A stretch of DNA of 64,000 nt, taken from NCBI GenBank assembly GCA_017303355.1, contig JAFLCU010000016.1:22167-86166 (forward strand), given 5' to 3'. Under the pieces are notes generated by a model. The model did not search any database. It was not told the origin of the DNA and was given only the letters and a program-made list of their open reading frames with translations. Position numbers and translations under genes: made by a program. The stretch is from Caulobacterales bacterium. Lineage in GTDB: Bacteria > Pseudomonadota > Alphaproteobacteria > Caulobacterales > Aquidulcibacteraceae. Positions 61,096 to 64,000 of this stretch are shown here, piece after piece (position 1 is the stretch's first letter; each line of letters opens with the position of its first letter).

Positions 61096-62499
61096 TTACG
61101 CTTTGTAGTACATGTCGAATTCCACCGGGTGCGGGTGGGTTTCGAAGCGATCGAGTTCTTCCTTCTTCAGATCGATATAGGCGTCGATCAGATCGTCGGT
61201 CATGACGCCGCCCTTCAGTAGGAAGTCGCGGTTGCGATCGAGCGAGGTGAGCGCTTCGCGCAGCGAACTCGCTACGTGCGGCACTTCCTTCAATTCTTCC
61301 GGCGGCAGGTCGTAGAGGTTCTTGTCGAGCGGATCGCCCGGATGGATCTTGTTTTGGATGCCATCGAGGCCCGCCATCAGCAGCGCGACATAGGTGAGGT
61401 ACATGTTGCCCGCCGGGTCGGGAAAGCGCACTTCCACGCGCTTGGCCTTCGCGCCCGTGCCGTGCGGAATGCGGCACGACGCCGAGCGGTTGCGCGCCGA
61501 GTAGGCGAGCAGCACCGGCGCTTCGTAGCCAGGCACCAGACGCTTGTACGAATTCGTCGTCGAGTTCGCGAACGCGTTAATCGCCTTCGCGTGCTTGATC
61601 ACGCCGCCGATGAAGAAGAGGCAGTTTTCGCTGAGATCGGCGTAGCGATCGCCCGCGAACGTGTTGTTACCACCTTTCCAGATCGACATGTGCACGTGCA
61701 TGCCCGAGCCGTTGTCCTTGAAATAGGGCTTCGGCATGAAGGTCGCGGACTTGCCGTACGATGCAGCCACTTGGTGGATGATGTACTTATACAAGTTCAT
61801 GTTGTCGGCCATCATCGTCAGCGTGTTGAACTTGAGGCCAAGTTCGTGCTGCGCGGGCGCGACTTCGTGGTGATGTTTTTCCGGGTTCAGGCCAAGCTGG
61901 CCCATGATTTCGAGCATCTCGCCGCGCATGTCTTGCAGCGAGTCGATCGGCGGCACTGGGAAATAGCCGCCCTTCGGGCCAGGCCGGTGGCCGAGATTGC
62001 CGCCCTCGTAGGTACGGTTCGTGTTGAAGGGCAATTCCGTGGAGTCGAACGAATAGCCCGTGTTGTGTGGGTCGGTTGACCAACGCACGTCGTCGAATAC
62101 GAAGAATTCCGCTTCGGGGCCGACATAGGCGACGTCGCCGGCGCCCGATGATTTCACATACGCTTCGGCGCGCTTGGCGATGCCGCGCGGACAGCGCGAA
62201 TAGGGCTGCAGCGTGCCGGGCTCAAGAATGTCGCAGAACATCGCCAGCGTCGTCTGCTGATAAAACGGGTCGATGTGCGCGCCTTTAGGGTCAGGGCGCA
62301 TGACCATGTCGGACTCATTGATGGCCTTCCAGCCGGCAATCGACGAGCCGTCGAACATCGTGCCTTCGGTGAAGATATCCTTGTCGATCATGCTGACGTC
62401 GAAAGTGACGTGCTGCATTTTACCGCGAAGGTCGTTGAAGCGCAGATCGACGTATTGGACTTCTTTGTCCTTGATCAGCTTCAGAATCTCGTCTGACAT
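61096..62499 (-). CDS. glnA: glutamine synthetase type I
   Basis: [23 protein letters not shown]-terminus, MHVHMS, and the adenylylation-loop region [12 protein letters not shown] at 62499 after GGTGGAG is preferred to GTG 62511. Confidence 0.95.
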   Translation of the reverse strand: MSDEILKLIKDKEVQYVDLRFNDLRGKMQHVTFDVSMIDKDIFTEGTMFDGSSIAGWKAINESDMVMRPDPKGAHIDPFYQQTTLAMFCDILEPGTLQPYSRCPRGIAKRAEAYVKSSGAGDVAYVGPEAEFFVFDDVRWSTDPHNTGYSFDSTELPFNTNRTYEGGNLGHRPGPKGGYFPVPPIDSLQDMRGEMLEIMGQLGLNPEKHHHEVAPAQHELGLKFNTLTMMADNMNLYKYIIHQVAASYGKSATFMPKPYFKDNGSGMHVHMSIWKGGNNTFAGDRYADLSENCLFFIGGVIKHAKAINAFANSTTNSYKRLVPGYEAPVLLAYSARNRSASCRIPHGTGAKAKRVEVRFPDPAGNMYLTYVALLMAGLDGIQNKIHPGDPLDKNLYDLPPEELKEVPHVASSLREALTSLDRNRDFLLKGGVMTDDLIDAYIDLKKEELDRFETHPHPVEFDMYYKA

Positions 62500-62536
62500 C
62501 GGATACTCCACCGAGCGTTATTGTTGACGTTATTTA

Positions 62537-62569
62537 TGGGCTGCGCGCGGCTCGGTCCGACGCAGCCCA
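62537..62569 (-). other. intercistronic stem-loop between glnB and glnA
   Basis: TGGGCTGCG (62537-62545) pairs with CGCAGCCCA (62561-62569). On the mRNA strand it is followed by an A/T-rich stretch but no clean U-run. Confidence 0.5.
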
Positions 62570-62590
62570 GGAATCAGCATTGAGAAAGGA

Positions 62591-62950
<360 letters not shown>

Positions 62951-63101
62951 TTAATGATCACCGCCTCGTCTTGGACGTCCGGGCGCGAGTCGGAAAGGCG
63001 CGGGGCAGCCCGGAACCGCTGGGGCGACAACGGCGCCTGCTAATAGGGCGCCGGCGCCCATGAAACAGGCTTTTGCGGTATGCTGGGATGTGGGCAAACG
63101 A

Positions 63102-64000
63102 ATGCGTGACGACGGCGGCATAATTTCAGTAGCTGAAATGCGCGCCATCGACGCGGGCGCCGCTGCCGCTGGCGTGCCGACCGCGCGGCTCATGGCCAAC
63201 GCGGGCGCCGCGGTCGCCGAGGCGGTGATGGCGCGATTTCCGGCTGCGCCGGTGGCCGTGCTGTGCGGACCTGGCAACAATGGCGGCGATGGCTGGGAGG
63301 CGGCGTGCTTACTGCGTGCAGCGGGCTGGCCGGTGCGTGTGTTCAGCGCTGTGCCGCGAGAAACGCTGGCTGGCGACGCCGCGGCGGCGGCGCTGGGTTG
63401 GGACGGCGAGGTGTCCACGCTGTCGCAGACGCCAGATGACGCCGCGCTCTACATCGACGCGCTGTTTGGCGCCGGATTGACGCGCGCGCTTGATGGCGAT
63501 GCGGCGCGTCTTGCGAAGAATTTGCCACGTGAACGCGTGATCGCGGTCGATGTGCCAAGCGGCGTCGATGGCGACAGCGGGCGTGTCATTGGCGACGCCG
63601 CGTTCCAAGCCAAGCTCACGGTGACGTTCGTGCGCAAGAAGCCAGCACATGTGCTGCAGCCAGGGCGCTGGCGCTGTGGCGAAATCATCGTTGCGGATAT
63701 CGGCGTCCCTGAGAGCGTCGTGCAGGCTCGGCAGACCAGGCTATGGGAAAATGATCCATCGCATTGGGTAGTGCCGTGGCCAAGCGCTGAAAGCCATAAA
63801 CACCAACGCGGAAGCGTGATCGTCGCGAGCGGACCGCGTGCGCGCACGGGCGCCGCGCGCTTGGCCGCGCGCGCCGCATTGCGCGCGGGCGCCGGGCTTT
63901 CAACGGTATTGAGCCCAAGTGATGCGCTCGCGGAGAACGCAGCGCAGCTCACGGCCGTGATGTTGAAGGAAGCCGCCTGCGATGCTGACTATGCGGATGC
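63102..64000 (+). CDS. nnr: bifunctional NAD(P)H-hydrate repair enzyme Nnr (YjeF epimerase/dehydratase); 3' end cut by window
   Basis: Not in the ORF track because it is open at the window end. My own translation gives ISVAEMRAIDAGAA...LCGPGNNGGDGW...DALFGAGL...VDVPSG, then HKHQRGSVIVASG, which starts the dehydratase half. The start is uncertain (ATG 63102, or ATG 63060 / GTG 63090). Confidence 0.8.
   Translation, partial: MRDDGGIISVAEMRAIDAGAAAAGVPTARLMANAGAAVAEAVMARFPAAPVAVLCGPGNNGGDGWEAACLLRAAGWPVRVFSAVPRETLAGDAAAAALGWDGEVSTLSQTPDDAALYIDALFGAGLTRALDGDAARLAKNLPRERVIAVDVPSGVDGDSGRVIGDAAFQAKLTVTFVRKKPAHVLQPGRWRCGEIIVADIGVPESVVQARQTRLWENDPSHWVVPWPSAESHKHQRGSVIVASGPRARTGAARLAARAALRAGAGLSTVLSPSDALAENAAQLTAVMLKEAACDADYAD

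Overview
GC-rich chromosomal segment that looks alphaproteobacterial: lpxI replaces lpxH, ATP12 and COQ7 homologues are present, a GTTC-N7-GTTC LexA box precedes lexA, and the gene order is typical. I call 64 protein genes (the first and last are truncated by the window edges), one tRNA-Leu(CAA), four rho-independent-type terminator hairpins and a few regulatory motifs. I saw no rRNA, CRISPR array, IS element or integrase. Most of the window is conserved housekeeping: pccB; DAHP synthase-gshB; dsbB-like-coq7; comF-grxC-nit; hemN; the rpsB-tsf-pyrH-frr-uppS-cdsA-dxr-rseP-bamA-skp-lpxD-fabZ-lpxA-lpxI-lpxB supercluster; gltX-gltA; comEC; lexA; ppiD-trpE-trpGDC; tpiA; secG; pyrG; rpmF; eno; glnBA; nnr. 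Four places are not ordinary. (1) 8735-10413: a TIR domain fused to a ParA/MinD-type ATPase, translationally coupled to a small basic protein. This is my best candidate for an undescribed system. (2) 58405-61038: an orphan 877-aa protein joining an acidic repeat region, a CpaE/TadZ-like pseudo-receiver plus ATPase, a TM helix and periplasmic Sel1 repeats. (3) 52882-56569: a DUF2807-TerB-DUF2807-lipid kinase-phosphoesterase cluster, with short motifs shared upstream of the two DUF2807 paralogues. (4) 1-4252: three tandem TPR paralogues, two carrying a putative 2OG-Fe(II) oxygenase domain, interrupted by ATP12. Many long ORFs in the supplied track are antisense shadow ORFs typical of GC-rich DNA and are not called. 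All start-codon choices come from reading the sequence and the ORF track. No database search or numerical computation was run.
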